Below are positions 32,431 through 44,099 of a DNA stretch of 64,000 nucleotides, one piece after another. The DNA is taken from the NCBI GenBank assembly GCA_963781585.1, contig CAWAGQ010000004.1:448001-512000 (forward strand), given 5' to 3'. The notes under the pieces are model-generated. The model saw only the letters and a list, made by a program, of their open reading frames with translations. It searched no databases and was not told where the DNA came from. The stretch's first letter is position 1. Every line of letters begins with the position of its first letter. The stretch is from an uncultured Gemmatimonadaceae bacterium. GTDB taxonomy: Bacteria > Gemmatimonadota > Gemmatimonadetes > Gemmatimonadales > Gemmatimonadaceae. Position numbers and translations under genes: made by a program.

Positions 32431-33036
32431 GTGCGTTCCGCTTCCCTAGTGACCCGCCACACGCTGGCGCGCGCCCGACTTTCTCTGTTGTGTCTCGCGG
32501 TCGCCGGGCTCACCGGGGTCGCCGCCTGCAGCGATCCCTTCGCGCTCACGGCCAGTTCGGAGGTGAACACCGACACGCTCGCGGTGTTCGCCATCACGGG
32601 TACTCCGCTGGGCTTCCCGGCAGCACTCAACACCACGCTGCGCACCCTGGTTCGCGTGGATCCGACGTTCGATTTCGACATCGCCTTCGACATCGACACC
32701 CAGGGCCACACAGTTCTGATTCCAGTGCGGCTGGTTGGCGGCACGGCCACGTCGACCCGACAGGTCGGCCTGCAGAAGCTCGCGGTGCCCTTCGACGAGA
32801 TGACGCTCGCGCCCACCACGGGATATGTCTACGACTCCACCCGCGTGCTGAACGACGGAGAGGCGGTGGTGATTCAGGCCCAGAGCGACCAGTGCACGTT
32901 GTTCGCGAGCACCTTTCTGTACAGCAAACTGGCGATCGACAGCGTGAACGTCGCGAGGCGCGAGATCTTCTTCCGCCTGGTGCACGACCCCGACTGCTCT
33001 TTCCGGTCGCTCGCGCCGGGCATTCCAACCCGATAG
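32431..33036 (+). CDS. Hypothetical lipoprotein
   Basis: Basic N-region, hydrophobic core, VAA-C lipobox; start 32431 or 32449. Confidence 0.75.
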   Translation: MRSASLVTRHTLARARLSLLCLAVAGLTGVAACSDPFALTASSEVNTDTLAVFAITGTPLGFPAALNTTLRTLVRVDPTFDFDIAFDIDTQGHTVLIPVRLVGGTATSTRQVGLQKLAVPFDEMTLAPTTGYVYDSTRVLNDGEAVVIQAQSDQCTLFASTFLYSKLAIDSVNVARREIFFRLVHDPDCSFRSLAPGIPTR

Positions 33037-33038
33037 CC

Positions 33039-34313
33039 ATGCACGACATGCGCATGCTCCGCGACCAGCTCGACGTGTTGCGGAGCGGGATGCGTCGGCG
33101 CGGGAAGCTGGATGCGTACGAGGCAGTGCTCGAGCGCGCGGCGGCGCTGGATGGTGAGCGCCGCGTGACGATCCAGGCGGTCGAGGAGCGAAAGGCCGCC
33201 CGCAACAGCACGTCGCAGGAAGTGGCGCGACGCAAGCGCACCGGCGAGGACGCGGCGGTGCTGATCCAGCGCGGACGCGAGCTGGGAGAGGAGATCGCGC
33301 GCCTGGAGGAGGAGCTGGCCCGGATCGAGACCGAGTTGCGGGACATCCTGCTCGGCCTGCCGAATCTCACGCTCGAAGACGTGCCGGAAGGTGGGGAAGA
33401 GGCCGGTCGGGTGGAGAAGACGTGGGGAGAACCACGCCCCTCCGACGGGGTCCGGCCCCATTGGGAAATCGGCGAGGCGTTAGGCATCCTCGACCTGCCG
33501 CGCGGCGCGAAGATCAGCGGGTCGGGGTTCATCGTCTTCCGGGGACTCGGCGCCCGACTGACGCGCGCCCTGCTCAACCTGTTCGTTGACGTCCACGTCG
33601 GGGAGCACGGCTACGAGGAACTGTGGGTGCCGGTGATCGTGAATCGTGCCACCATGCTGGGAACCGGGCAGCTGCCCAAGTTCGAGGATGACCTGTACGC
33701 GTTGCGGGAGGAAGATCTGTTCCTAGTTCCGACCGCCGAGGTGCCGGTCACGAACCTGTACCGCGACGAGGTGATCGACGGGGCCACGCTGCCCAGAGGC
33801 TTCGTGGCGTATTCGCCGTGCTTCCGCCGCGAAGCGGGTGCAGCCGGCAGGGACACCCGCGGCCTGCTTCGCGTGCACGAGTTCGACAAGGTGGAACTCG
33901 TGCGCTACTGCGCGCCTGAGGACGGGGCCGGCGAGCACGAACGCCTCACGCGCCACGCCGAATCGCTGCTGGAGCGTCTCGGACTACCCTATCGCCGGGT
34001 GCTTCTGGCGGCTGGCGACACCGGGTTCTCCGCCGCCAAGACGTGGGACCTCGAGATCTGGGCGCCCGGAGTGGGAAGCTGGCTCGAGGTCTCCTCCTGC
34101 AGCACGTGCACCGACTTCCAGGCTCGCCGCGCCAACATCCGCTACCGTCCGGGGCCCGGCGAAAAGCCACGCTTCGTCCACACGCTCAATGGTTCGGGTC
34201 TCGCGTTTCCGCGGGTGATCGCCGGCCTGCTCGAGCACTACCAGCGGGCCGACGGCACGGTCGCTGTTCCGGACGTGCTGCGACCGTATCTGGGCGCCGA
34301 CGAACTTCGCTGA
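33039..34313 (+). CDS. serS: Serine--tRNA ligase
   Basis: Coiled-coil arm; GTGQLPKF, PTAE, FRREAG, EVSSCS, HTLNGS. Confidence 0.97.
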   Translation: MHDMRMLRDQLDVLRSGMRRRGKLDAYEAVLERAAALDGERRVTIQAVEERKAARNSTSQEVARRKRTGEDAAVLIQRGRELGEEIARLEEELARIETELRDILLGLPNLTLEDVPEGGEEAGRVEKTWGEPRPSDGVRPHWEIGEALGILDLPRGAKISGSGFIVFRGLGARLTRALLNLFVDVHVGEHGYEELWVPVIVNRATMLGTGQLPKFEDDLYALREEDLFLVPTAEVPVTNLYRDEVIDGATLPRGFVAYSPCFRREAGAAGRDTRGLLRVHEFDKVELVRYCAPEDGAGEHERLTRHAESLLERLGLPYRRVLLAAGDTGFSAAKTWDLEIWAPGVGSWLEVSSCSTCTDFQARRANIRYRPGPGEKPRFVHTLNGSGLAFPRVIAGLLEHYQRADGTVAVPDVLRPYLGADELR

Positions 34314-34314
34314 T

Positions 34315-35469
34315 ATGCGTCGCGGCGCCATCGCGCTGGTGGTGATCAGCGTCGTGCTCGTACTGACCTCGTACGTGGTGTACACCCAGCGAGTGGCCGC
34401 CGTCCTCCGCTTCGACGCCGAACTGGCGGGGCGAATGTACGCCCAGGTCTATCGCGCGCTGGCTGACACGGCTAACGAATCGCCCACCGCGACGCTGTTC
34501 GATCTGGCGCAGCACATTCGGGAGTCGGGTGTTCCGATGATTCTCACCGACCGCGAGGGGCGGCCGCAATACGCCGCCAATCTGCCGTTCGACGCCGGAA
34601 CCGACGCACGCACCGATCCGCGCGTGCAGGCCTGGGTCGCCCGCCTCGACGCCGAGAACAGGCCCGTAGTGGAGCCGAACGTTGGTACGGTGATTCATTT
34701 CGGACATACACCGCTGGTCCAGCGCCTGCGGATCATCCCGGTACTCCAGGCGGGTACGCTCGCCATCCTGCTGCTGGTTGGCGTTTACCTGTTGCGCACC
34801 CGTGCCCACGCCGAGCGCGAACGAGTGTGGGCGGGGATGGCGCGCGAGTCCGCGCACCAGCTTGGTACGCCACTGTCCAGCCTCGGGGGCTGGATCGAGC
34901 TCCTCCGTGATCGCGGCGGAGGTCCGGAAATGGAGCGCGCGTTGGGTCACATGACGGGCGACGTGGAGCGCCTGGAGCGAGTGGCGCATCGCTTCGAGCG
35001 CATCGGGCGGCCGCCGCAGCGCGAGACGTTCGATCTCACCGCCATCGTCGATCATGTGGCGCAGTACTTCGCCGTGCGACTCCCGACCCTTGCGAACAGC
35101 GTGACGATGTCGCGGCGCTACGACGACGGTCCTGTCGAGGTGCAGGGCGACGCGGTGCTGGTGGAATGGGCCGTTGAGGCGCTGGTGAAGAACGCCGTGG
35201 ATGCCCTGGCCGGGCGAGGCGGCGCCATCGAGGTTGCCTGCACCCGGCTGCCGGAAGGGGCGGCACGGGTGCGCGTTTCGGATGACGGACCGGGCATCCC
35301 ACGCGAACTGCGCCGCCGCATTTTCGAGGCGGGGTTCTCCACCAAGCAGAGTGGCTGGGGCATCGGCCTCGCGCTGACCCGACGCATCGTCGAGGAGGCG
35401 CATGCGGGTACTCTCACGCTGGTGCCCTCGGAACGCGGAGCAACGTTCGAGATTATTTTCCCCGCATGA
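34315..35469 (+). CDS. Membrane sensor histidine kinase
   Basis: Two TM helices; ESAHQLGTP H-box, KNAVDA, DDGPG, GWGIGL. Confidence 0.92.
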   Translation: MRRGAIALVVISVVLVLTSYVVYTQRVAAVLRFDAELAGRMYAQVYRALADTANESPTATLFDLAQHIRESGVPMILTDREGRPQYAANLPFDAGTDARTDPRVQAWVARLDAENRPVVEPNVGTVIHFGHTPLVQRLRIIPVLQAGTLAILLLVGVYLLRTRAHAERERVWAGMARESAHQLGTPLSSLGGWIELLRDRGGGPEMERALGHMTGDVERLERVAHRFERIGRPPQRETFDLTAIVDHVAQYFAVRLPTLANSVTMSRRYDDGPVEVQGDAVLVEWAVEALVKNAVDALAGRGGAIEVACTRLPEGAARVRVSDDGPGIPRELRRRIFEAGFSTKQSGWGIGLALTRRIVEEAHAGTLTLVPSERGATFEIIFPA

Positions 35470-37742
35470 CGTCATTGCGGCTTCACGGGGACCTGCTCGC
35501 CGGACTCAATCCTGCCCAGCGCGAGGCGGTCCTTCACGTCGAGGGACCACTGCTGGTGCTTGCCGGCGCGGGCTCCGGCAAGACACGGGTGTTGACGACC
35601 CGCATCGCGCGGCTCATCGAACACCATGACGTGCAGCCGTCGCAGATCCTCGCGGTCACCTTCACCAACAAGGCGGCGGGGGAGATGCGCGGCCGCATCG
35701 CTCGGCTGCTCGGCGACGAACCGGCCGGGATGTGGTGCGGAACTTTCCACGCCATCGGTGCGCGCCTGCTCCGCCGGCATGCGACGCTCGTGGGGCGCAC
35801 GCCGAGCTTCACGATCTACGACGAAGACGACATGCTGGCGGCGGTGAAGCACCTCATGGAGCGGCTGCGCATTTCACCGCGCGAGCACCCGCCGCAGGCC
35901 GTCATCGCATCCATTTCCGATGCCCGCAACGCCCTGGTGACGGCCGCCGAGTACGAACAACTGGCCCTCGATCCGCACAGCCGCGCCGCAGCCCAGGTCT
36001 TCGGGCAACTGGATGCTGCGATGCGCCAGGCCAATGCGGCGGGATTCGACGACCTGCTTGCGCTGCCGGTCGAGCTCTTGCGGTCCAGCGACACGGTGCT
36101 CGCCGAATACCGCCGCCGATTCCGATTCGTGCTGGTCGACGAATACCAGGACACCAACCGGGCACAGTACGAATTCGTTTCCCTCATCGGGCGCGGCTCG
36201 GGCAATGTGGCCGTGGTGGGCGACGACGACCAGTCGATCTATGGCTGGCGGGGCGCGGACATCCGGAATATCCTCGACTTCGAACGCGATTTTGCCGGGG
36301 CCCGTGTCATCCGGCTCGAGGAGAACTATCGCTCCACGCCGCAGATTCTCGACGTCGCGAACGCGGCGATCCGGGCCAACGTCGACCGTAAGGGAAAGAC
36401 GCTGCGGACCACGCGCCCGCCGGGTGACGTGGTGACCGTGGTGGCCGCCCTCGATGACCGCGACGAAGCGGACTTCGTGGTGACAGACATGCAGGCACGA
36501 CGTTTCGGGCCGCGTCCCCGCCATCCGCGGGACATGGCGGTCCTGTATCGCACCAACGCGCAGAGCCGCGCGCTGGAAGAGGCGCTCCGCCGCCACGGTG
36601 TGCCGTACCGCCTGGTGGGCGCCGTACGGTTCTACGACCGCCGGGAGATCCGCGATCTCCTGGCGTACCTGCGCCTTATCGCGAATCCGGCCGACGACGA
36701 GGCCTTCCGGCGCGCGGTGGCGGTGCCGCGCCGCGGTGTCGGCGATGGAACGATCGCGTCGCTCGGGGAAGCGGCTGAGCGATTGGGTGTGCCGATGCTG
36801 CAGGCCGCGACCCAACCCGCGATCAGCGAGGCCCTGCGTCCGGCGGCGCGCGCCGCCCTCGATGAGTTCGCGCGGTGTCTGGCCCGCCTGCGCGCGCGCG
36901 CGCAGGAAGCGCCGGTCGACGAACTCATTCGCGACCTGGTGACGGCGATCGGGTACGAGGAGCACCTTCGTGCCGAGGGTCCCGAGAGCGCGGAACGCCT
37001 GGAGAACGTGCGCGAGCTGATCACCGGCGCAGCCGAGGCGGTGCAGGAAGAAGGAGGCGAGATCGGCCTCACGCCCCTCGATCATTTCCTCCAGCGTGCC
37101 ACGCTCATCACCAGTGTGGACACGCTGGACGCCGGGGCCGACGCGGTCACGCTCATGACGCTGCACAACGCGAAGGGACTGGAATTCCCGGTGGTGTTCA
37201 TCACGGGCCTGGATGAAGGGCTGTTTCCGCTATCGCGTTCACGCGACGATCCCCGTCAGCTGGAGGAGGAGCGACGACTCTTCTACGTCGGAATTACCCG
37301 CGCCGAGGACACGCTGACGCTCTGTCATGCCCGCAGCCGGCGGCGCAACGGGGAATTGCTGCCGTCGCTGCCGTCGAGTTTCCTGGGCGGAATTCCGGAA
37401 TCGCTGGTGCGACAGCGCGCCACCGCCAGGCTGCGTGGGAGCGGACGGTGGTTCGAGCGACCGGGCGCGACGACTCGGCGTCCCGGGTTACCGGCGCCAC
37501 GGCGTCCCGGCGTGCCCGTCACGCGCTGGGAGCCGTCGCCCGTCGACGAGGATGAATCGCAGGATACGCCGCGGTTTGCGCCGGGCGAGCGGGTGAAGCA
37601 TCCGCGATTCGGAAGCGGGACGATTGTGGACCTGTCGGGCACCGGCCGCGACACCAAGGTCACGGTCGATTTTGACGATGAAGAAGTGGGGAGGAAGCGT
37701 CTCGTGGTGGCGTTCGCGGGACTGCAGGCGGGACTGGAATAG
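35466..37742 (+). CDS. pcrA: ATP-dependent DNA helicase PcrA/UvrD
   Basis: AGAGSGKT, TFTNKAA, VDEYQD, NYRS, HNAKGLEF, EERRL.YV; C-terminal Tudor-like domain. Confidence 0.93.
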   Translation: MTSLRLHGDLLAGLNPAQREAVLHVEGPLLVLAGAGSGKTRVLTTRIARLIEHHDVQPSQILAVTFTNKAAGEMRGRIARLLGDEPAGMWCGTFHAIGARLLRRHATLVGRTPSFTIYDEDDMLAAVKHLMERLRISPREHPPQAVIASISDARNALVTAAEYEQLALDPHSRAAAQVFGQLDAAMRQANAAGFDDLLALPVELLRSSDTVLAEYRRRFRFVLVDEYQDTNRAQYEFVSLIGRGSGNVAVVGDDDQSIYGWRGADIRNILDFERDFAGARVIRLEENYRSTPQILDVANAAIRANVDRKGKTLRTTRPPGDVVTVVAALDDRDEADFVVTDMQARRFGPRPRHPRDMAVLYRTNAQSRALEEALRRHGVPYRLVGAVRFYDRREIRDLLAYLRLIANPADDEAFRRAVAVPRRGVGDGTIASLGEAAERLGVPMLQAATQPAISEALRPAARAALDEFARCLARLRARAQEAPVDELIRDLVTAIGYEEHLRAEGPESAERLENVRELITGAAEAVQEEGGEIGLTPLDHFLQRATLITSVDTLDAGADAVTLMTLHNAKGLEFPVVFITGLDEGLFPLSRSRDDPRQLEEERRLFYVGITRAEDTLTLCHARSRRRNGELLPSLPSSFLGGIPESLVRQRATARLRGSGRWFERPGATTRRPGLPAPRRPGVPVTRWEPSPVDEDESQDTPRFAPGERVKHPRFGSGTIVDLSGTGRDTKVTVDFDDEEVGRKRLVVAFAGLQAGLE

Positions 37743-38059
37743 TGGCGGTCAGCGAGCGCGACGTCCGCCATGTGGCCGATCTGGCCCGGCTTGGGCTCGA
37801 CCCGGCGCGAATCGCGTCGCTGGTGCGCGAGCTCAATGGAATCCTGGCGCACATGGAAGTGCTGGCAGGCGTGAATCCGGCCGAGTATCAGCACCTGGTG
37901 GAGCAGCGCGGGTCCGCGCTGCCGATGCGGGCCGACGAGGGTCCGCAGATTCCGCTGGCGCGCCCGCGCGAAGAGCTTGCGCCGGAAATGAGGGATGGCT
38001 TCTACCTGGTTCCGCGACTCGCCACCCATGAGGATAGCGGCATGGAGGAGTCGCCATGA
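37742..38059 (+). CDS. gatC: Asp/Glu-tRNA amidotransferase subunit C
   Basis: DVRHVADLARL, MRADE, F.LVPR; precedes gatA. Confidence 0.9.
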   Translation: MAVSERDVRHVADLARLGLDPARIASLVRELNGILAHMEVLAGVNPAEYQHLVEQRGSALPMRADEGPQIPLARPREELAPEMRDGFYLVPRLATHEDSGMEESP

Positions 38060-39512
38060 CCGGTGATCTGCTGGAGCGCCCCGCCGCCGCACTCGCGGCT
38101 GCCGTCGGATCTGGCGAGGTCACGGCCGCGGCGGCTGTGCGGGCCAACTTCGCGCGCGCCGACGAAGTCGGGGTCGGTCCCGACGGCCTCAATATCGTGC
38201 TGTATCAGGACCGGGAGGCCACGGTTGCCGACGCGGCGCGGTATGACCAGCGCCTCGCGGACGGCGAAACGGCCGGACCGCTGGCCGGCGTCGGCATTGC
38301 GGTCAAGGACAACATCGCGACGCTCGATCTGCAGACCAGCTGCGGGTCGCGGATTCTCGAAGGCTACGTCAGTCCGTTCGAGGCCACCGCGGTGTCGCGC
38401 CTGCGCGCCGCCGGCGCCGTGGTCGTCGCCAAGACCAACATGGACGAATTCGCCATGGGTTCGTCCACCGAGCACAGCGCCTTCGGTCCGGCCCGGAATC
38501 CTCATGATCCCAGCCGTGTGCCGGGTGGGTCGTCCGGTGGCTCGGCGGCGGCAGTGGCCGCCGGAATAGTGCGTATCGCGTTAGGCTCGGAGACCGGAGG
38601 GTCGGTCCGCCAGCCCGCGTCGTTCTGCGGTGTGGTCGGCGTCAAACCGACCTACGGGCGCGTGAGCCGATACGGCCTGGTTGCCTTTGCGTCATCGCTC
38701 GACCATATCGGGGTGTTCGGCCGCACGGTCGACGACGCCGCGCTCGGTCTCAGCATCATCGCCGGCCGCGACTCGTACGACTCGACGAGTGCGGAGCAGC
38801 CGGTGCCCGACTACCGTGCGGCAGCCGGTGAATCGCTGCTGGGCCTGGTGGTCGGACTCCCGAAGGAATACTTCCCGCCGCACCTCGACCCCCGCGTTCG
38901 CGAGCGGTGCATCGCGGCCGCCGACACCCTCCGGTCGCTCGGCGCGGAGGTGCGCGATGTATCGCTGCCGCACACCGACCTCGCCATTCCTGTCTACTAT
39001 ATCGTGGCCCCGGCCGAAGCGTCTTCCAACCTGGCTCGCTTCGACGGCGTGCGATATGGACTGCGGGTGGGGGGCGAGGGGCTGCGCGGCATGTACGAGG
39101 CGACCCGATCGCGCGGCTTCGGACCCGAGGTCACGCGCCGCATTCTGCTCGGGACGTACGTCCTCTCGGCCGGTTACTACGACGCCTATTATCGCAAGGC
39201 GATGGGCGTACGCGCCCTGATCACCGAGGATTTTCTCCGGGTGTTCGCCACTGGGGTCCACGTGCTGCTCACGCCCACCACACCAACCCCCGCGTTCGAG
39301 ATCGGGGCTATCAGCGACCCCTACCAGATGTACCTGAGCGATATCTTCACCGCGACCGCGAATCTGGCCGGTGTGCCGGGCGTGTCGGTGCCGGTGGGGC
39401 GGGTGGATGGACTCCCCGTCGGCGCCCAGTTGATGGCGGCGCACTTCGACGAGTACCGCATGATGAGCGCGGCCTACGCCCTCGAGCGCTCCCTCGGCGC
39501 GGAGAGTGGGTC

Positions 39513-39516
<4 letters not shown>
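38056..39516 (+). CDS. gatA: Asp/Glu-tRNA amidotransferase subunit A
   Basis: [38 protein letters not shown]. Confidence 0.96.
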
Positions 39517-40958
<1,442 letters not shown>

Positions 40959-40965
40959 CGTCCGC

Positions 40966-41913
40966 TCAGGCCGCGCTCGACCGGAACGGCGGGTAGAGCG
41001 GGCGTTGCATCTGATTCGCGTAGGCGAGCGACGAGACGGGCAGGCCGAAATGCCGCGTCGCCTCCGCCACCGCCAGCGTATCGCCGCCGGCCCGGAGCGC
41101 CGCCCGGCGCACGCGCTTGGCCATCCGCAACTGCACTTCCCCCGACGGGTCGAAGCGCATCGGCTCCGCCTTGTCGAGCTGGATCAGGAGATCCATGACG
41201 TAGTCGAATGCCCGAACCAGGTACGCGGAGACCTGATCGTCGGCCAGGTCCCAGCGGCTGCGCTCGAGCATGAGTTGAAAGATGCGTTGCCAGGACTCCA
41301 GGTCGGCCGCGCGCACCATGCCCCGAAAGATGCGCCGATTCGTGGGCGTGCTGAAAATCGTCGGAGAGAGGATGCGGTCCAGGTGCGCGTCGCTGCGACT
41401 GTGGTCGAGGAGGATCAGCTCGCGGGCGCGGCGCGGCGCCCAGTCTCCCAGGTGCGTCTCGAAGCGATTCTCCCAGTAGCTGTGACCGATGCCCACCGTG
41501 CTCGATGTAACCGCGAGTTGATGCGGCACGAAGTAGTTGTGCGCCACGACATCGGCCGCCAGGTGCGCCAGGTACCCGTATGCGAACGCGCGAAGGGGCT
41601 CGTCGCGCGCACGATCCAGGATGTCGAATCCCACCGGCCAGGAGTGCGAGTGGCGACCGGCCGCAGCGTACTTCTTCGCAATGCTCGTGTCAGCGGCAAT
41701 CGACCCATACAGGAAGTCGTAGGGGAAGGCGCGCAGCAGGTCGCCGATGGCCATCGGAAGAATACCGATGATGCGCAACACGGCTTCGCCGAGGTAGACG
41801 TGCGTCCCCGGCGTGAACGCGTACGCGCACGAGGGAACGACAGCGAGCGCCGCGATGCCGGCGACGATCCAGAGCGCGAGACGCCGGGTGCGTCCCACGG
41901 CCCGGCCGCTCAC
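40966..41913 (-). CDS. Zinc-dependent phospholipase C / P1-nuclease-like family protein
   Basis: Signal-like N-terminus; mature FTPGTH, GSIAAD, GYLAHLAADVVAH, H.YWE. Confidence 0.75.
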   Translation of the reverse strand: MSGRAVGRTRRLALWIVAGIAALAVVPSCAYAFTPGTHVYLGEAVLRIIGILPMAIGDLLRAFPYDFLYGSIAADTSIAKKYAAAGRHSHSWPVGFDILDRARDEPLRAFAYGYLAHLAADVVAHNYFVPHQLAVTSSTVGIGHSYWENRFETHLGDWAPRRARELILLDHSRSDAHLDRILSPTIFSTPTNRRIFRGMVRAADLESWQRIFQLMLERSRWDLADDQVSAYLVRAFDYVMDLLIQLDKAEPMRFDPSGEVQLRMAKRVRRAALRAGGDTLAVAEATRHFGLPVSSLAYANQMQRPLYPPFRSSAA

Positions 41914-42572
41914 CTGGGCGGGTCTTCCACGGGAGTACGGATCCCCGGACGCTCTCGTCTATCCTTCTCCCGAGGGCGACGGTCCTCGTCGCGATCGCTC
42001 GAGCGGCGGCGGCGGCGCGCCCGCAGCGCGCCGTTCCCACGGATGAAGAAGAGCGAGCGACGCAGGACCTTGGCGCCTCGCCTCACACCTCGCATCGTGG
42101 ACGCCGCTGAGATCACGAAGTCCTCCGCTTCCTCCTGCGCCACGTCCACGAGTGCGCCAAACCGCCGGATCCGGTCTTCCGCGTGCGCCGCCGCCGCGCG
42201 CAAGCCGTCGTTCACGGAGTGGACGGTTTCGGTGACCTCGTCCACCTCCGTGCGCACCGAGTCGGTCACCCCCTGCACACTCTCGGCGACCTTCCGGATA
42301 CTCTGCGTCGCCAGGGAGATGTCATTCGATGAGGCCTGCAGCAGGCGCTGCACCTCTTCGATACCCTTCGCCACCTTGGCGATCGTGATCACGACCGACA
42401 CCAGGAGCGCGATGAGCAGCAGTGGGACGAGGGCCTGCTCGATCCCGACAAGCACCTGCCACCACGACCGATCGAGAATGACCTTGGTGACCGACGTATC
42501 GGTCTGAGCCGCGTTCTGCAGCAGCCACATGGACCACGGCACTGATAAGACCAGGACCATTGATGCTCCCAT
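41910..42572 (-). CDS. DUF948-like membrane-anchored helical protein
   Basis: TM helix then long amphipathic helical repeats; basic tail; start uncertain (42560-42584). Confidence 0.65.
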   Translation of the reverse strand: MGASMVLVLSVPWSMWLLQNAAQTDTSVTKVILDRSWWQVLVGIEQALVPLLLIALLVSVVITIAKVAKGIEEVQRLLQASSNDISLATQSIRKVAESVQGVTDSVRTEVDEVTETVHSVNDGLRAAAAHAEDRIRRFGALVDVAQEEAEDFVISAASTMRGVRRGAKVLRRSLFFIRGNGALRARRRRRSSDRDEDRRPREKDRRERPGIRTPVEDPPR

Positions 42573-42720
42573 GCCGACGGTCAATCAGAATGCGCGAGAC
42601 GCGACCGGTGCGGGCGCGGCTCTCGCTGCATCAAGGTATCGCCACTGCGTACCGAGTGCCGCCATCCAGATCCAGAGTGGAACGTCGGCGCTCTCCCGAC
42701 AGCATCAAAGAGGTGGTTTG

Positions 42721-42750
42721 ATCGTAACCCCCCACGAAAACCGAAGTCAA
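42721..42750 (-). promoter_or_regulatory. Sigma70-type promoter (minus strand)
   Basis: TTGACT-N18-TACGAT. Confidence 0.55.
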
Positions 42751-42809
42751 GCGACGACTTGAAGATACGCTCCCGCGCCCGACATCTTTCCTCCCCCGAT
42801 CGAACCCTC

Positions 42810-44099
42810 ATGCCATCCATTACCTATCAGGTCGAAGGCGGACACGCCCTTTCGGGCACGATCGAACCGGCCGGCAACAAGAACGCCGCCCTCCCGATCA
42901 TCGCGGCAGCGCTCCTCACCGAACACGAGGTGACGCTCAGCAACGTGCCGCGCATTCGCGATACCGAAACGCTGGTGGAACTCGTGCGCTCGGTGGGAGC
43001 AGTAGCCGAGTGGCGCGAGTCCAATGTGCTCCGCATCCACGCTGGCAAGGTCCATTCGGCCGACCTCGACCCCGAGATGTGCTCCCGGATCCGCGCGTCC
43101 ATTCTGCTGGCCGGGCCCCTCCTGGCGCGCAGCGGCCACGTGGTTCTTCCACCGCCAGGCGGCGACGTGATCGGACGTCGCCGGGTCGATACCCACTTCC
43201 TGGCTTTCGAGCAGCTGGGAGCGAAAGTCTCGGCCGGGGACCGGTACGAATTCCGTGCCGAGCGCCTCACCGGCGCCGACGTGTTTCTCGATGAGCCAAG
43301 TGTGACCGGCACGGAGAACGCACTCATGGCCGCGGTGGCGGCCAGTGGAACGACGGTGCTGCGCAACTCGGCCAGCGAGCCTCACGTGCAGGATCTGGCT
43401 CGCTTCCTGATCGCGATCGGCGCGCGAATCGACGGCGTTGGCACCAACACCATGACCGTGCACGGCGGCTCGTCCCTCGGCGGAGCGTCGTACCGCATCG
43501 GGCCCGACCACATCGAAGTGGGGTCGTTCGTGGGTCTCGCCGCGGTCACGCGCTCATCGCTGCGCATCGCCCGCGCCGGTGTGGAGCACTTGCGGTCGAT
43601 CCGCCTCGGGTTCGAGCGGCTGGGGATTCGGTGTGTGGCGGAGGGCGACGATCTGGTCGTGCCCGCAGATCAGCCGCGCGCGGTGCAGGCCGACCTCGGA
43701 GGTCACGTTCCGAAGCTCGAGGATCAGCCGTGGCCGGCATTCCCCGCGGATCTCATGTCGATCGCGATCGTGACCGCCTCGCAATGCGCGGGACTCATTC
43801 TGATGCACGAGAAGATGTTCGAGTCCCGCATGTTCTTCGTCGACAAGCTCATTGGAATGGGGGCACGGATCGTGTTGTGCGATCCCCACCGGGTCCTCGT
43901 CGCTGGGCCGTCCGCGCTTCGGGCCGGCCGCGTGGAGTCGCCGGACATACGAGCCGGAATGGCCATGCTGCTGGCCGCCATGTGCGCGCGCGGCACGAGT
44001 ACGATCAATAACGCCGGCCAGATCGAGCGAGGCTACGAACGAATCGATGCTCGACTCAACGCGCTTGGGGCGCGCATCACGAGACTCGTCGAGGGGTGA
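42810..44099 (+). CDS. murA: UDP-N-acetylglucosamine 1-carboxyvinyltransferase
   Basis: GNKNAALP, IRASILL.GPLL, PGGDVIGRR, SVTGTEN, DIRAG, IERGYE. Confidence 0.96.
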   Translation: MPSITYQVEGGHALSGTIEPAGNKNAALPIIAAALLTEHEVTLSNVPRIRDTETLVELVRSVGAVAEWRESNVLRIHAGKVHSADLDPEMCSRIRASILLAGPLLARSGHVVLPPPGGDVIGRRRVDTHFLAFEQLGAKVSAGDRYEFRAERLTGADVFLDEPSVTGTENALMAAVAASGTTVLRNSASEPHVQDLARFLIAIGARIDGVGTNTMTVHGGSSLGGASYRIGPDHIEVGSFVGLAAVTRSSLRIARAGVEHLRSIRLGFERLGIRCVAEGDDLVVPADQPRAVQADLGGHVPKLEDQPWPAFPADLMSIAIVTASQCAGLILMHEKMFESRMFFVDKLIGMGARIVLCDPHRVLVAGPSALRAGRVESPDIRAGMAMLLAAMCARGTSTINNAGQIERGYERIDARLNALGARITRLVEG

